Origin: an uncultured Ruminococcus sp.
GTDB taxonomy: Bacteria > Bacillota > Clostridia > Oscillospirales > Acutalibacteraceae
Length of the DNA stretch: 64,000 bases
Assembly (NCBI GenBank): GCA_905233755.1
Contig: CAJODM010000010.1
Coordinates: 18,823 to 82,822, forward strand
Direction of reading: 5' to 3'
How positions within the stretch are numbered: position 1 is the stretch's first letter; each line of letters starts with the position of its first letter. This document shows positions 18,470 to 27,892 of this stretch, one piece after another. Under the pieces are notes generated by a model. The model saw nothing but the letters and a program-made list of their open reading frames with translations, searched no databases and was not told where the DNA came from. A program made the translations under genes and the position numbers.

Positions 18470-19417
18470 ATGATTGATATTACCGCCGTGGGCGAAACGT
18501 TGATCGACCTGTCCCAGACCGATATTTCCGACGCGGGGATCCCCGTGTATACCGCGTTCCCGGGCGGCGCTCCCGCGAACGTCGCCGTCGCCGCCTCGAA
18601 GCTCGGCACATCGACCGCCTTCATCGGCAAGGTCGGTGCCGACGCGTTCGGCGCGCTGCTGATCGATACCGTCAGGCGCAACGGCGTTGACGCTGACGGG
18701 ATGATCGTCTGTGATACCGCCAACACCACCCTCGCCGTCGTCTCGCTGCATGAGAACGGCGAGCGCAGCTTCTCGTTCTATCGGCGCGGGTTCGCCGATA
18801 CGCTGCTGACGTCGGACGAGATCCCCGACGACCGGCTGCGCGATACCCGCATCCTGCATTTCGGCTCGGTGAGCTTGACCGATGAGCCGTCGCGCTCGGC
18901 GACCCTCTCGGCGGTGCGGCGGGCAAAGGCGTTCGGCGCGGTGATCTCCTATGATCCCAACTACCGTCCCACCCTATGGGACAACCTCGACGAAGCCGTC
19001 GCGATGATGCGCGCGCCGCTTGACGATGTGGATATCCTGAAGATATCTGACGAGGAGCTGCCGCTGATCGCCGGCACCGACGATCCCGACGCGGGCACCC
19101 GCATCCTGTACGAGCAGTACGGCGTCAAGCTTGTGCTGCTGACGATGGGGGCGAAGGGCGCGTTCTACCGGCTGGGGGAGCATACCGGATTCTGCGAAGG
19201 GTTCGCGGTGAAGGTCGCCGATACCAACGGCGCGGGCGATACCTTCCTCGGCGCGTTCCTCAGCGGGATGATCCGACGCGGGATCTATACCCCCGATAAG
19301 CTCTCAGACGATACCGTGCGCGCGCTGACGGTGTTTGCCAACCGCGCGGCGTCGATCACCACCTCGCGCAGCGGGGCGATCCCGGCGATGCCGACGCTGG
19401 ATGAGGTGAGCATATGA
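18470..19417 (+). CDS. PfkB-family carbohydrate kinase (fructokinase-like)
   Basis: GGAPANVAVA, YDPNYRPTLW, DTNGAGDTF. Confidence 0.9.
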   Translation: MIDITAVGETLIDLSQTDISDAGIPVYTAFPGGAPANVAVAASKLGTSTAFIGKVGADAFGALLIDTVRRNGVDADGMIVCDTANTTLAVVSLHENGERSFSFYRRGFADTLLTSDEIPDDRLRDTRILHFGSVSLTDEPSRSATLSAVRRAKAFGAVISYDPNYRPTLWDNLDEAVAMMRAPLDDVDILKISDEELPLIAGTDDPDAGTRILYEQYGVKLVLLTMGAKGAFYRLGEHTGFCEGFAVKVADTNGAGDTFLGAFLSGMIRRGIYTPDKLSDDTVRALTVFANRAASITTSRSGAIPAMPTLDEVSI

Positions 19418-21267
19418 TCACCTCCATGTACTGGGAAGATGAATTCACAGCCCGTTTCAAGAGGCGTTTCGACGAGTTGAAATGGCTCTACTGCGAGACA
19501 TACGGAAACGATATGCGCGCGTTCTACTGGCTGTGCAACGCGATGCACGACTGCTATACCGCCCGCAGCGCTGCTCTAAAGCAGCTCGACCGCGAGCGCG
19601 AGCGCACCCCGTTCTGGTACAGCACCAACCGCCTTGTCGGGATGATGCTGTATGTCGAGAACTTCTCCGACACCCTCGACGGGCTCTCAAGGCGCATCCG
19701 CTATATCAAGGAGAGCGGGGTCAACTACCTGCACCTGATGCCGCTGCTTAATAGCCCCAAGGGCAGGAGCGACGGCGGGTATGCGGTAGCGGATTTTCGC
19801 GCGGTACAGCCCGCGCTCGGCACGATGGAGGATCTGGACGCGCTGACCGATATCTGTCATCAAAGCGGGATCAGCGTCTGTCTTGACTTTGTGATGAACC
19901 ACACCAGCGAGGACCACGCGTGGGCGCGCGCCGCGCGCGCGGGCGATGAACAGGCGCGATGTAGGTACTTCTTCTTTGACAGCTGGGATGTGCCGTTCGA
20001 GTTTGAGCGCACGGTGCCGCAGGTGTTCCCGACCACCGCGCCGGGCAACTTCACCTATCTGCCCGACTGTGACAAGATCGTGATGACGACCTTCTATCCC
20101 TACCAGTGGGATCTGAACTACGGCAACTGTGTGGTGTTCAACGACATGGTCTGCAATATGCTGTATCTGGCGAACCGCGGTATCGACATCATCCGTCTCG
20201 ACGCGGTGCCGTATATCTGGAAGGAGCTGGGCACGAGCTGCCGCAACCTGCCGCGCGTGCATACGCTGGTGCGGATGATGCGGATGATCGCCGAGATCGT
20301 CTGCCCATCGGTGCTGCTGCTCGGCGAGGTCGTGATGGAGCCCAAGAAGGTCGCGCCGTACTTCGGCACCCCCGAACACCCCGAGTGCCATATGCTCTAC
20401 AACGTCACCACCATGGCGAGCACCTGGCATACCGTCGCCACCCGCGACGTGCGCCTGCTGCACCGCCAGATGGAGGAGCTTGCCGCCCTGCCGAAGGACT
20501 ATGTTTTCCTCAACTACCTTCGCTGTCACGACGACATCGGCTGGGGGCTCGACTATGACTATCTTCGCTCGTTCGGGATGGAGGAGGTCGCGCACAAGCG
20601 ATTCCTCAACGACTACTTCACCGGAAGGTTTGAGGGCAGCGCGGCGCGCGGCGAGCTGTACAACGATGATGAACAGCTCGGCGACGCACGGCTGTGCGGG
20701 ACGACCGCCAGCTTGTGCGGGATCGAGAGCGCGCTGTATGAACACAACGACGAGCGGCTCGCTGTTTCGATCGCCTGTGATATCATGCTGCACGCCTATA
20801 TGTTTACGCTCAGCGGCATCCCTGTCATCTACAGCGGAGACGAGGTGGGCCAGCTGAACGACTACAGCTATCACGACGACCCCGAGAAGAACGCCGACAG
20901 CCGCTATCTGCACCGCGGACGGTTCGACTGGGAGAACGCCGCCCGCAGGACGAAACCCTTGTCCGTATCGGGACAGCTCTATCATGCGCTGCGCCGGCTG
21001 GAGGAACTCCGCTCAGCGCACGAGGTGTTCATAGCATCGGCGGATTTCAGGGCGATCCCGACCGGCTCTGTCGCGGTGCTCGGGATGGAGCGGCGGTATG
21101 GGGGACAGCGGCTCACCGCCCTGTTCAACTTCGGCGAGACGGAGCAGACCGTGCTGTTCGATACCGCAGTGTCGGGGCGCGACCTGTACACCGATACAGC
21201 GATACACGATATGGCGATCCCGCTCGAGCCCTATGGGTTTCGGTGGATTCTGCATGAGGGGAAGTAG
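19414..21267 (+). CDS. GH13 amylosucrase/sucrose hydrolase-like enzyme (GH13_4-like)
   Basis: DGGYAV, DFVMNHTS, QWDLNY, RLDAVPYIWK, LGEVVMEP, YLRCHDDIGW. Confidence 0.8.
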   Translation: MITSMYWEDEFTARFKRRFDELKWLYCETYGNDMRAFYWLCNAMHDCYTARSAALKQLDRERERTPFWYSTNRLVGMMLYVENFSDTLDGLSRRIRYIKESGVNYLHLMPLLNSPKGRSDGGYAVADFRAVQPALGTMEDLDALTDICHQSGISVCLDFVMNHTSEDHAWARAARAGDEQARCRYFFFDSWDVPFEFERTVPQVFPTTAPGNFTYLPDCDKIVMTTFYPYQWDLNYGNCVVFNDMVCNMLYLANRGIDIIRLDAVPYIWKELGTSCRNLPRVHTLVRMMRMIAEIVCPSVLLLGEVVMEPKKVAPYFGTPEHPECHMLYNVTTMASTWHTVATRDVRLLHRQMEELAALPKDYVFLNYLRCHDDIGWGLDYDYLRSFGMEEVAHKRFLNDYFTGRFEGSAARGELYNDDEQLGDARLCGTTASLCGIESALYEHNDERLAVSIACDIMLHAYMFTLSGIPVIYSGDEVGQLNDYSYHDDPEKNADSRYLHRGRFDWENAARRTKPLSVSGQLYHALRRLEELRSAHEVFIASADFRAIPTGSVAVLGMERRYGGQRLTALFNFGETEQTVLFDTAVSGRDLYTDTAIHDMAIPLEPYGFRWILHEGK

Positions 21268-21270
21268 CGG

Positions 21271-21921
21271 ATGAGCCGGCTGGCAAAGCGGATCTTGATG
21301 AGCGTCTTGGGCGTTGCGGTATGCGGCGTCAGCGTCGGCATGTTCAAGTTTGCCGCCCTCGGCGTCGATCCGTTCCAGTCGTTCATGAGCGGGCTGGACG
21401 CGCTCGTGCCGATCCGGTTCGGCACGCTCTATGTCATCGCGAACGCCCTGCTGCTCCTGTTTGCGTTGATCGTCGACCGGCACAAGATCGGTATCGCCAC
21501 CTTCATCAACCTCTTTCTGCTGGGGTATATCGCCGAGTTCTCCTTGCAGCTGTGCGAGCGGCTGATCGGGCAGGTGGGGCTCGTTGTTCGTATCGGGATC
21601 CTGCTTGTCGCCATCGTGATGATGTGCCTTGCGTCGTCACTGTACTTTACCGCCGATCTCGGCGTGTCCACCTATGACGCCGTCGCGCTCGTCTGGGCCG
21701 GCCGACAGCAGAAGCTCAAGTTCGCCTACTGCCGCGTGATCTGCGACTTTGTCTGTGTGGCGCTGGGGATCGTGCTGAGTCTTCTGGCGGGGCTGACATG
21801 GGTGGAGATCCTTGCCTCGGTCGGCGTCGGCACCGTCATCACGGCGTTCTTCATGGGGCCGCTGATCGCGTTCTTTAACCGGCATATCGCCGAACCGATG
21901 CTGAAAGGAAGAGAGAGATGA
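21271..21921 (+). CDS. YczE/YitT-like integral membrane protein
   Basis: Duplicated LGVDP / LGVSTYD motifs, GVGTVITAFFMGPLI. Confidence 0.8.
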   Translation: MSRLAKRILMSVLGVAVCGVSVGMFKFAALGVDPFQSFMSGLDALVPIRFGTLYVIANALLLLFALIVDRHKIGIATFINLFLLGYIAEFSLQLCERLIGQVGLVVRIGILLVAIVMMCLASSLYFTADLGVSTYDAVALVWAGRQQKLKFAYCRVICDFVCVALGIVLSLLAGLTWVEILASVGVGTVITAFFMGPLIAFFNRHIAEPMLKGRER

Positions 21922-22529
21922 CTCAACTCGATCGGATGAAGGCGGGGTTGCTGTATGACCCCGTGGACGAAGAGATCATGCGTATGCAGCGGCCGTATCT
22001 CGACGCGCTCGCCGCGTTCAACCGCCTCGACCCGTCCGACACGGCGCAGAAATCCGCGTATATGGAGCGCACCTTTGCCGACTGCGGCGAGGGGTGCTAT
22101 ATCGAGCTGCCCTTCCATGCGAACTGGGGCGGACGGCATGTCCACTTCGGGTCCTTCATCTATGCGAACTCGAACCTGACGCTGGTGGACGACGGGCATA
22201 TCTATGTCGGCGACCGCGTGATGTTCGGGCCGAACGTGACCGTCGCGACCGCGAACCATCCGCTCGAACCCTCGCTGCGCGCGCGCGGGCTGCAGTATAA
22301 CCGCGACGTATCTATCGGCGCGAACGCGTGGATCTGTGCCGGCGTGGTGATCGTTCCGGGCGTGCATATCGGCGCGAACACCGTCATCGGCGCGGGCAGC
22401 GTCGTCACCAAGGATATCCCCTGTGACGTTCTTGCCGCCGGCAACCCTTGTCGCGTTATCCGCGCTCTCGGCGAGCGCGACCGCGAATTCTACTACAAGA
22501 CCGACCGCATCGACTGGGAGAATCTCTAA
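21918..22529 (+). CDS. Sugar O-acetyltransferase (Maa/LacA family)
   Basis: Mac N-terminus; hexapeptide repeats; GAGSVVTKDIP...GNPCRV. Confidence 0.9.
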   Translation: MTQLDRMKAGLLYDPVDEEIMRMQRPYLDALAAFNRLDPSDTAQKSAYMERTFADCGEGCYIELPFHANWGGRHVHFGSFIYANSNLTLVDDGHIYVGDRVMFGPNVTVATANHPLEPSLRARGLQYNRDVSIGANAWICAGVVIVPGVHIGANTVIGAGSVVTKDIPCDVLAAGNPCRVIRALGERDREFYYKTDRIDWENL

Positions 22530-22656
22530 AGAAGCGGAACCTTAGCTGTGCCTATGGCGCAGCTTTTCTTTTTTGTGCGGCTGTCTTGAAGAAAGGGGCG
22601 GAGCACAGCATCGGTAAAACAGATAATAGTAAAATCAGCTTTGTGAAGATCGACAC

Positions 22657-22684
22657 TTGCAAAAAATCCGATTTATGCTATAAT
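22657..22684 (+). promoter_or_regulatory. sigmaA promoter
   Basis: TTGCAA-N16-TATAAT with TGn extension. Confidence 0.7.
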
Positions 22685-22760
22685 CGGATAGTCAGCAATA
22701 AGATTCGCTTTGCGAACACGGATCGCCTCTTTTAAGAGGATCATGAAGGAGTGTTGACGG

Positions 22761-23939
22761 ATGAAAACTAAGCTTGACAACAACATACTGACGCTGTACC
22801 TTGAGGGAAAGATCGATTCTACTAACGCCCCCTTGGTCGAGGACGAGATCATGTCCGCGGTCGATTCGGCTGATAGCGCCGGTGTGAAGATCGACGCCGA
22901 GGGGCTTCTCTATATCTCGAGCGCAGGGCTGAGGGTGCTGATGAAGCTGCAGAAGAGGGTTGACACCCCCATCGAGATCATCCATGTGTCGAGAGAGGTG
23001 TATGAGATCTTCGACGTGACCGGCTTTACGCAGATCATGAACGTCAAAAAGGCGCTGAGAAAGGTCAGCATAGACGGGTTGGAGCTCATCGGCAAGGGGA
23101 TGACCGGCTCTGTCTATCGTATGGATGAGGAGACGGTCATCAAGGTGTTCAACCAGAACATCAACTTTGATATGATCATCAAGCAGGAGAACAACAAGGC
23201 GCGCAACGCGTTCATCTCGGGGATCCCGACCGCGATCCCCTATGATATCGTTCGCGTCGGCAACTGCTACGGAACGGTCTATGAATTGCTCGACGCAAAG
23301 GATCTGGTCACCGTTATCAGCGAGGACAAGGAGCATATGGACGACTATATCCGTGCCTTTGCTCAGACCGTCAGAGAAATGCATGAGACAAAGGTGGACG
23401 CCGAGAAGTTTGAACCGACAAAGGAGAAGTCGATACAGGCGGTCGCTTATCTGGCGTCCGTCTTATCACCTGAAGAGATGGATAAGGTGCGCGAGATATA
23501 TGCGAACGTTCCGGACCGCGACACCTTCATCCACGGCGACTGCCACATCGGCAACGCGATGATGCAGGACGGCAGGATGATGTTCATTGACCTTGCCACC
23601 GCCGGCATGGGACATCCGATCTACGATATGGGCAGTATGTACTCGCTCTTCTGCGAGAGGGCGAACGACCCCAAGGCGATCGCCGAAAGCCCTGTCCTGT
23701 GCCATTTCACACAGGAGGAGATCAGGCGGATATGGAACGTGTATATCCGATCGTATCTCGGTACCGACGACGAGACGCTGATCACAAAGGCAGAGAAGCA
23801 GATCGCCGGTCTGTCGATGACCAGAAGATTGTTTATGGTGATCGCGATGCCGGGCGTGCTCTCACCCGAGGCGTTCGGCGCACTCAAGCAGGCGGTCATG
23901 GATTTCCACGACAACGAGCTGGAACCGATCTGTTTTTGA
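22761..23939 (+). CDS. STAS domain fused to APH/choline-kinase-like phosphotransferase
   Basis: YISSAGLRVL STAS motif; IGKG..G.VY, FIHGDCHIGN, FIDL kinase motifs. Confidence 0.85.
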   Translation: MKTKLDNNILTLYLEGKIDSTNAPLVEDEIMSAVDSADSAGVKIDAEGLLYISSAGLRVLMKLQKRVDTPIEIIHVSREVYEIFDVTGFTQIMNVKKALRKVSIDGLELIGKGMTGSVYRMDEETVIKVFNQNINFDMIIKQENNKARNAFISGIPTAIPYDIVRVGNCYGTVYELLDAKDLVTVISEDKEHMDDYIRAFAQTVREMHETKVDAEKFEPTKEKSIQAVAYLASVLSPEEMDKVREIYANVPDRDTFIHGDCHIGNAMMQDGRMMFIDLATAGMGHPIYDMGSMYSLFCERANDPKAIAESPVLCHFTQEEIRRIWNVYIRSYLGTDDETLITKAEKQIAGLSMTRRLFMVIAMPGVLSPEAFGALKQAVMDFHDNELEPICF

Positions 23940-23988
23940 CAGGTCATTATCCCGCATACGGATAAAATATATTGAAGGAGAAATCAAA

Positions 23989-24765
23989 ATGGAATTACAG
24001 AAAAGAACCATTGCTATTCTGCTCGCCGGGGTACTGATGTTGTCAGCGATCACCATGATGTCAGGTTGTTCGCAGCAGAATGACACGACCGCCGACTCGT
24101 CGGCATTAACCGCGCTGTTCACAACGCCCAGAGAGCGCCTCTCGCTTGACGCCCCTGACTCTGCCGAGTGGGTGACGAAGCTCGACGCCGCCAAGGGCGC
24201 AAAACAGCTCTTTGTGGTCGCCGGCTATGAGCGTTCCACCGCGTGGATCTCCATGCACGAGAAGGAGGACAGCGGCTCCTGGAAGATGATCATGTCGACC
24301 CCCGGCTTCATCGGTAAAGAGGGTCTGGGCAAAACAAAGGAAGGCGACGGCATGACGCCTGTGGGCACGTTCTCTTTTAACAAGGCGTTCGGTATCGCAG
24401 ACAATCCCGGCTGTGCGATCCCATACACCAAGGTCGATGATGATACCTACTGGTCCGGCGACAACGACATAGAGTACAATCGGATGGTCAGCATCAAGGA
24501 TTATCCCGACCTCAAGGTGGACGACAGCGAGCACATCGTCGATTATCAGTACGAGTACCGCTACTGTCTGAATATCAGCTATAACGAAGAGGGCGTTGCG
24601 GGTGCCGGTTCGGCGATCTTCCTGCATTGCTTCGGCGACAGAAAGCCCCGCACCGGCGGCTGTGTCGCGATTCCCGAGGAACAGATGTACTTCGTTATGC
24701 AGCATGTCGATCCCGACTGCGTTGTTGTGATCGATTCGATGGAGAACCTCGGCGCTGAGTTCTAA
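23989..24765 (+). CDS. L,D-transpeptidase (YkuD-like) lipoprotein
   Basis: Lipobox MSGC; EGDGMTPVG; IFLHC...TGGCVAI catalytic His/Cys. Confidence 0.82.
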   Translation: MELQKRTIAILLAGVLMLSAITMMSGCSQQNDTTADSSALTALFTTPRERLSLDAPDSAEWVTKLDAAKGAKQLFVVAGYERSTAWISMHEKEDSGSWKMIMSTPGFIGKEGLGKTKEGDGMTPVGTFSFNKAFGIADNPGCAIPYTKVDDDTYWSGDNDIEYNRMVSIKDYPDLKVDDSEHIVDYQYEYRYCLNISYNEEGVAGAGSAIFLHCFGDRKPRTGGCVAIPEEQMYFVMQHVDPDCVVVIDSMENLGAEF

Positions 24766-25076
24766 TTTCACCCCGGCTCCGAGCTGCTCTCTTTCAACAA
24801 ATCTTAGCATCCGATCAACCTGTCGCATAAGCCGCAACAGAGCTGATCGTGTGAAGAATAAGCATAGAAATAAAGCAGGCCGTACTCTCAACGAGGGCAC
24901 GCCTGCTTTTATCTTTATAAGAAACTGCTCGTTTCTTATAAAGTAAAAAGATTGATATGCCCACCGATTTTGCAAAAGCAATAATCGGTGATGGCTATAC
25001 GAAATGCGCGCGCTTCCTGGAGCTTATTCGGCTTTCATGGATCTACCTGTTGATCCTGTAGAGCAGAGCATCCGCT

Positions 25077-26348
25077 CTACTCACTCCACGGATAGCGAAC
25101 GTTGGGCAACTCTGTTTTCATGACATCCTGCAGGTCATATTTGATGCCGTTATCCTCGAGCTCTTCCAGGAACGCGTTGACATATAGGGGAGAGGAAAAC
25201 GGCTGCAAGAAGTCGATCGTGAATCTGCCGCCCACAGCGGATATCTCGATCAGCAGGGTCTTTCCGGCGCCGCTCGTCCACAGGCGGAAGTCGCGGATAT
25301 ACTCCTCTGACTCCAAAAATCCCGCTTTGCCGACATAACTGATGGTAGCGGTGATGACACGGTCTGTCACACCGCCGATCGCGTTCACGATGGCAAGGCG
25401 CTCCTGATCGGTCGCCTTTGACAGCAGCATTTGATTGATGCCTTTCATAGAGGCGACGCCCGTAAGTACGGTTTTCTGTATCGTCTGTGCGAACACCATG
25501 CCGCGGTAGGCGGTTGCCTGGCGCTCGATCGGCCAATCCTTGAGCGCGTCCTTATATTCCAGGAACACGCCGCCGACAAGACTTTGATGGGCCAAGGGTG
25601 TGCCCAGCCCGACGCGCTGATTCAACGCGAGCGTGACGCGGATCACGTCCTCTCTGTCGGGATAGAGCGATGCGAGGGCACGGCTGAACAGCAGCGCGAT
25701 CATCGTGGCGGGGCTGCCGTCGTTCTCGATATTGAACCGCATGAACTCCTTTTCATCGATGGCGACACTGTACACCGTTCGCTCGGTGTCCTCTTCCAGA
25801 TGAGCGGCGGTGACGGGGTTGATCGAGGCGGGGTAATCGACGCGCGGCGGGGTCGGCAGATCGGTCGCTTTCTCCATCGGATCGTCCCATTCCTCAGCGA
25901 CTATCGTTTCACCCGCAAGGCGCACCCCGTCCTGTGAGATCGTCACATGATAACGCTCTGAGCAGTAGTAGTACAGGAACGTCCGAACGACCTCATACGC
26001 GCCGGTGCCGTCGGTCATCGCGTGTGACACATCCATGATGATCCAGTTATCCTGCCACGAAAACGAGATCAGATGGTAGTTGGATTCTTGCGAATTCAGC
26101 TCAACGCCGCTGAGCGAATTGGTGATGACAACGGGTCTGCTGTTGTCGGTATACTCCCATTTGTTTTCCTCGCCTATTTTCAGTTCAACGCAAAAATACG
26201 GATAGCGCGTCATGGTCGTGTCGACCGCGTGCCGCATACAATCGGGATCGACCAGATCACGCATACGGATCCGAATCCGGATGACGGTCGGATGCTCTTT
26301 GTTGGACGAATACATCGATCTGTATTCTGAGAATAACGCTCGATTCAT
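25077..26348 (-). CDS. Hypothetical CoA-dependent acyltransferase-like (condensation/CAT-fold) protein
   Basis: HAMTDGTG matches HxxxDG; C-terminal ISYVG; good GAGG RBS. Confidence 0.6.
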   Translation of the reverse strand: MNRALFSEYRSMYSSNKEHPTVIRIRIRMRDLVDPDCMRHAVDTTMTRYPYFCVELKIGEENKWEYTDNSRPVVITNSLSGVELNSQESNYHLISFSWQDNWIIMDVSHAMTDGTGAYEVVRTFLYYYCSERYHVTISQDGVRLAGETIVAEEWDDPMEKATDLPTPPRVDYPASINPVTAAHLEEDTERTVYSVAIDEKEFMRFNIENDGSPATMIALLFSRALASLYPDREDVIRVTLALNQRVGLGTPLAHQSLVGGVFLEYKDALKDWPIERQATAYRGMVFAQTIQKTVLTGVASMKGINQMLLSKATDQERLAIVNAIGGVTDRVITATISYVGKAGFLESEEYIRDFRLWTSGAGKTLLIEISAVGGRFTIDFLQPFSSPLYVNAFLEELEDNGIKYDLQDVMKTELPNVRYPWSE

Positions 26349-26723
26349 CTTGTCACCTCATCACTATGATTATCGTTTGTCGCCATGTTCTGCCATATGG
26401 ATCTTCAATTTGAGCATGGTTATACCATCGCAGGTTACGCATGGTTACCTCTTATATGATTCAACGATGAAAACCGATCCGATTACAAGATACAGCTTTC
26501 ATATCGGTGAATATCATACTCGCGATCTCAGGATAGCGAGTAACTGTATATGTCAGTATTGCACCGTGAGCGCGACAGTTCATCTTGATTATACCAGACT
26601 ATCCGAGGGGTTGCAATAATATATTTAGTAATATCAGTATGTTTGGATGTGTCGGTGACGGGCTGCCGCGCCTGCAGAGCGTTCTGCGTGTGCCATATGT
26701 TCATCTGATATGCGATCATTATA

Positions 26724-26810
26724 CAGTTTTTCAGTCTTCAGTTTTCAGTATTCATTTAGAAAACCCTGTCGCTGCACTTAAGATTGAAGACTGAATACTT
26801 AAGAATGAAT
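26724..26810. repeat. Two inverted heptamer arrays around a 25-bp core
   Basis: (CAGTYTT)n at 26724-26754 and (AAGACTG)n-like at 26780-26810. Confidence 0.7.
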
Positions 26811-26820
26811 CATACAAAGC

Positions 26821-26851
26821 AAAAACCCCGCCACGTTGTGACAGGGTTTTC
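26821..26851 (-). terminator. tRNA terminator
   Basis: Minus strand AAAACCCTGTCAC-AAC-GTGGCGGGGTTTTT. Confidence 0.8.
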
Positions 26852-26855
26852 GCTT

Positions 26856-26932
26856 TGGTGGGCCATCAGGGACTCGAACCCCGGACCGACCGGTTATGAG
26901 CCGGTGGCTCTAACCAACTGAGCTAATGGCCC
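26856..26932 (-). tRNA. tRNA with CAU anticodon, probably tRNA-Ile2 (lysidine)
   Basis: 77-nt cloverleaf GGGCCATTAGCTCAG...CTCATAA...GTTCGAGTC...CCA; C4-G69/C5-G68 fit TilS substrate; Met not fully excluded. Confidence 0.92.
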
Positions 26933-26991
26933 GCATCGCCCGAATCGGCGTTCCTATTATAGCAACATCGGCGTGGTTTGTCAACGAGAAA

Positions 26992-27216
26992 TTACGCCCT
27001 GCCGTCGCGCTGACGGCGCTTTCGGCGCAGCTTCTCGAACAGCGCGTGCGCCTCGTTGTCGGGGCTGCCGGGATGACCCTTTGGGAGCACGGTGATCTCC
27101 ACCGTGTCGCCCTCCTGTGCGCCCTCGAACAGCGCGCGCGGGGCGTGGAGGAACTCTCCGTCGAGCTCCACGATCGCGATATTCTGTTCGAACCTGTCGA
27201 TTATCACTTTCATCAT
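26992..27216 (-). CDS. DUF3006 family small protein
   Basis: IIDRFEQNIAIVE...AQEGDTV; AGAGGTG RBS; exact start among tandem ATGs uncertain. Confidence 0.8.
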   Translation of the reverse strand: MMKVIIDRFEQNIAIVELDGEFLHAPRALFEGAQEGDTVEITVLPKGHPGSPDNEAHALFEKLRRKRRQRDGRA

Positions 27217-27275
27217 CATCACCACCTCTACTCTACATCACGCCAAAATCTTTGTCAACAAATTTCTTATTTTGC

Positions 27276-27304
27276 TTGCTTAACCGATGCCTCTATTGTA
27301 TAAT
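27276..27304 (+). promoter_or_regulatory. sigmaA promoter
   Basis: TTGCTT-N17-TATAAT. Confidence 0.65.
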
Positions 27305-27328
27305 AATAGCGTCAAAGGAGGCGATCGG

Positions 27329-27892
27329 ATGATAGACTTCATCACGAATGTAGATTTCTCGATACTCGATTTTATCAGAGAGCACCTAAGCTGCGGTGCG
27401 CTCGATTTTCTGACGCCGGTCCTATCGAAGCTCGGTGAGTGGGGCGCGATGTGGATCGTGATCGCGGTGGTGCTGCTGTTCTTCCGCCGTACCCGCCGGT
27501 GCGGGGTGCTGATGCTCATTACGCTGGCGGCGGGATTCTTGCTCGGCGATCTGCTGATCAAGCCCCTGGTAGCCCGCGTCCGTCCGTGTAACGTGCGGCC
27601 GTATATCGAGATGATCGTCGACAGGCCCACCTCCTACAGCTTTCCGTCCGGTCACGCGACCGCGGCGTTCGGGGCTGCGACCGCTATCTTCCTGAATCAC
27701 AAAAGATGGGGGATCGCCGCGCTGGTGTTCGCGCTGATCGTCGGGTTCTCGCGGCTGTATCTCTATGTCCACTATCCCACCGACGTGCTCTGCGGGATGC
27801 TCTTGGGCATCGGGGTGGCGATCGCCGTCTACTTCATCGCCAAAGCGGTCAGGCCGCCGAAGGATTTGAGAGAGGGCAAGCATTATGCGTGA
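27329..27892 (+). CDS. PAP2 phosphatase (undecaprenyl-PP phosphatase-like)
   Basis: KPLVARVRP, SFPSGH, SRLYLYVHYPTD. Confidence 0.9.
   Translation: MIDFITNVDFSILDFIREHLSCGALDFLTPVLSKLGEWGAMWIVIAVVLLFFRRTRRCGVLMLITLAAGFLLGDLLIKPLVARVRPCNVRPYIEMIVDRPTSYSFPSGHATAAFGAATAIFLNHKRWGIAALVFALIVGFSRLYLYVHYPTDVLCGMLLGIGVAIAVYFIAKAVRPPKDLREGKHYA

Noticed and set aside
26856-26932. Integrated element at the tRNA 3' end
   Set aside because: No duplicated tRNA 3' segment or integrase found in the window
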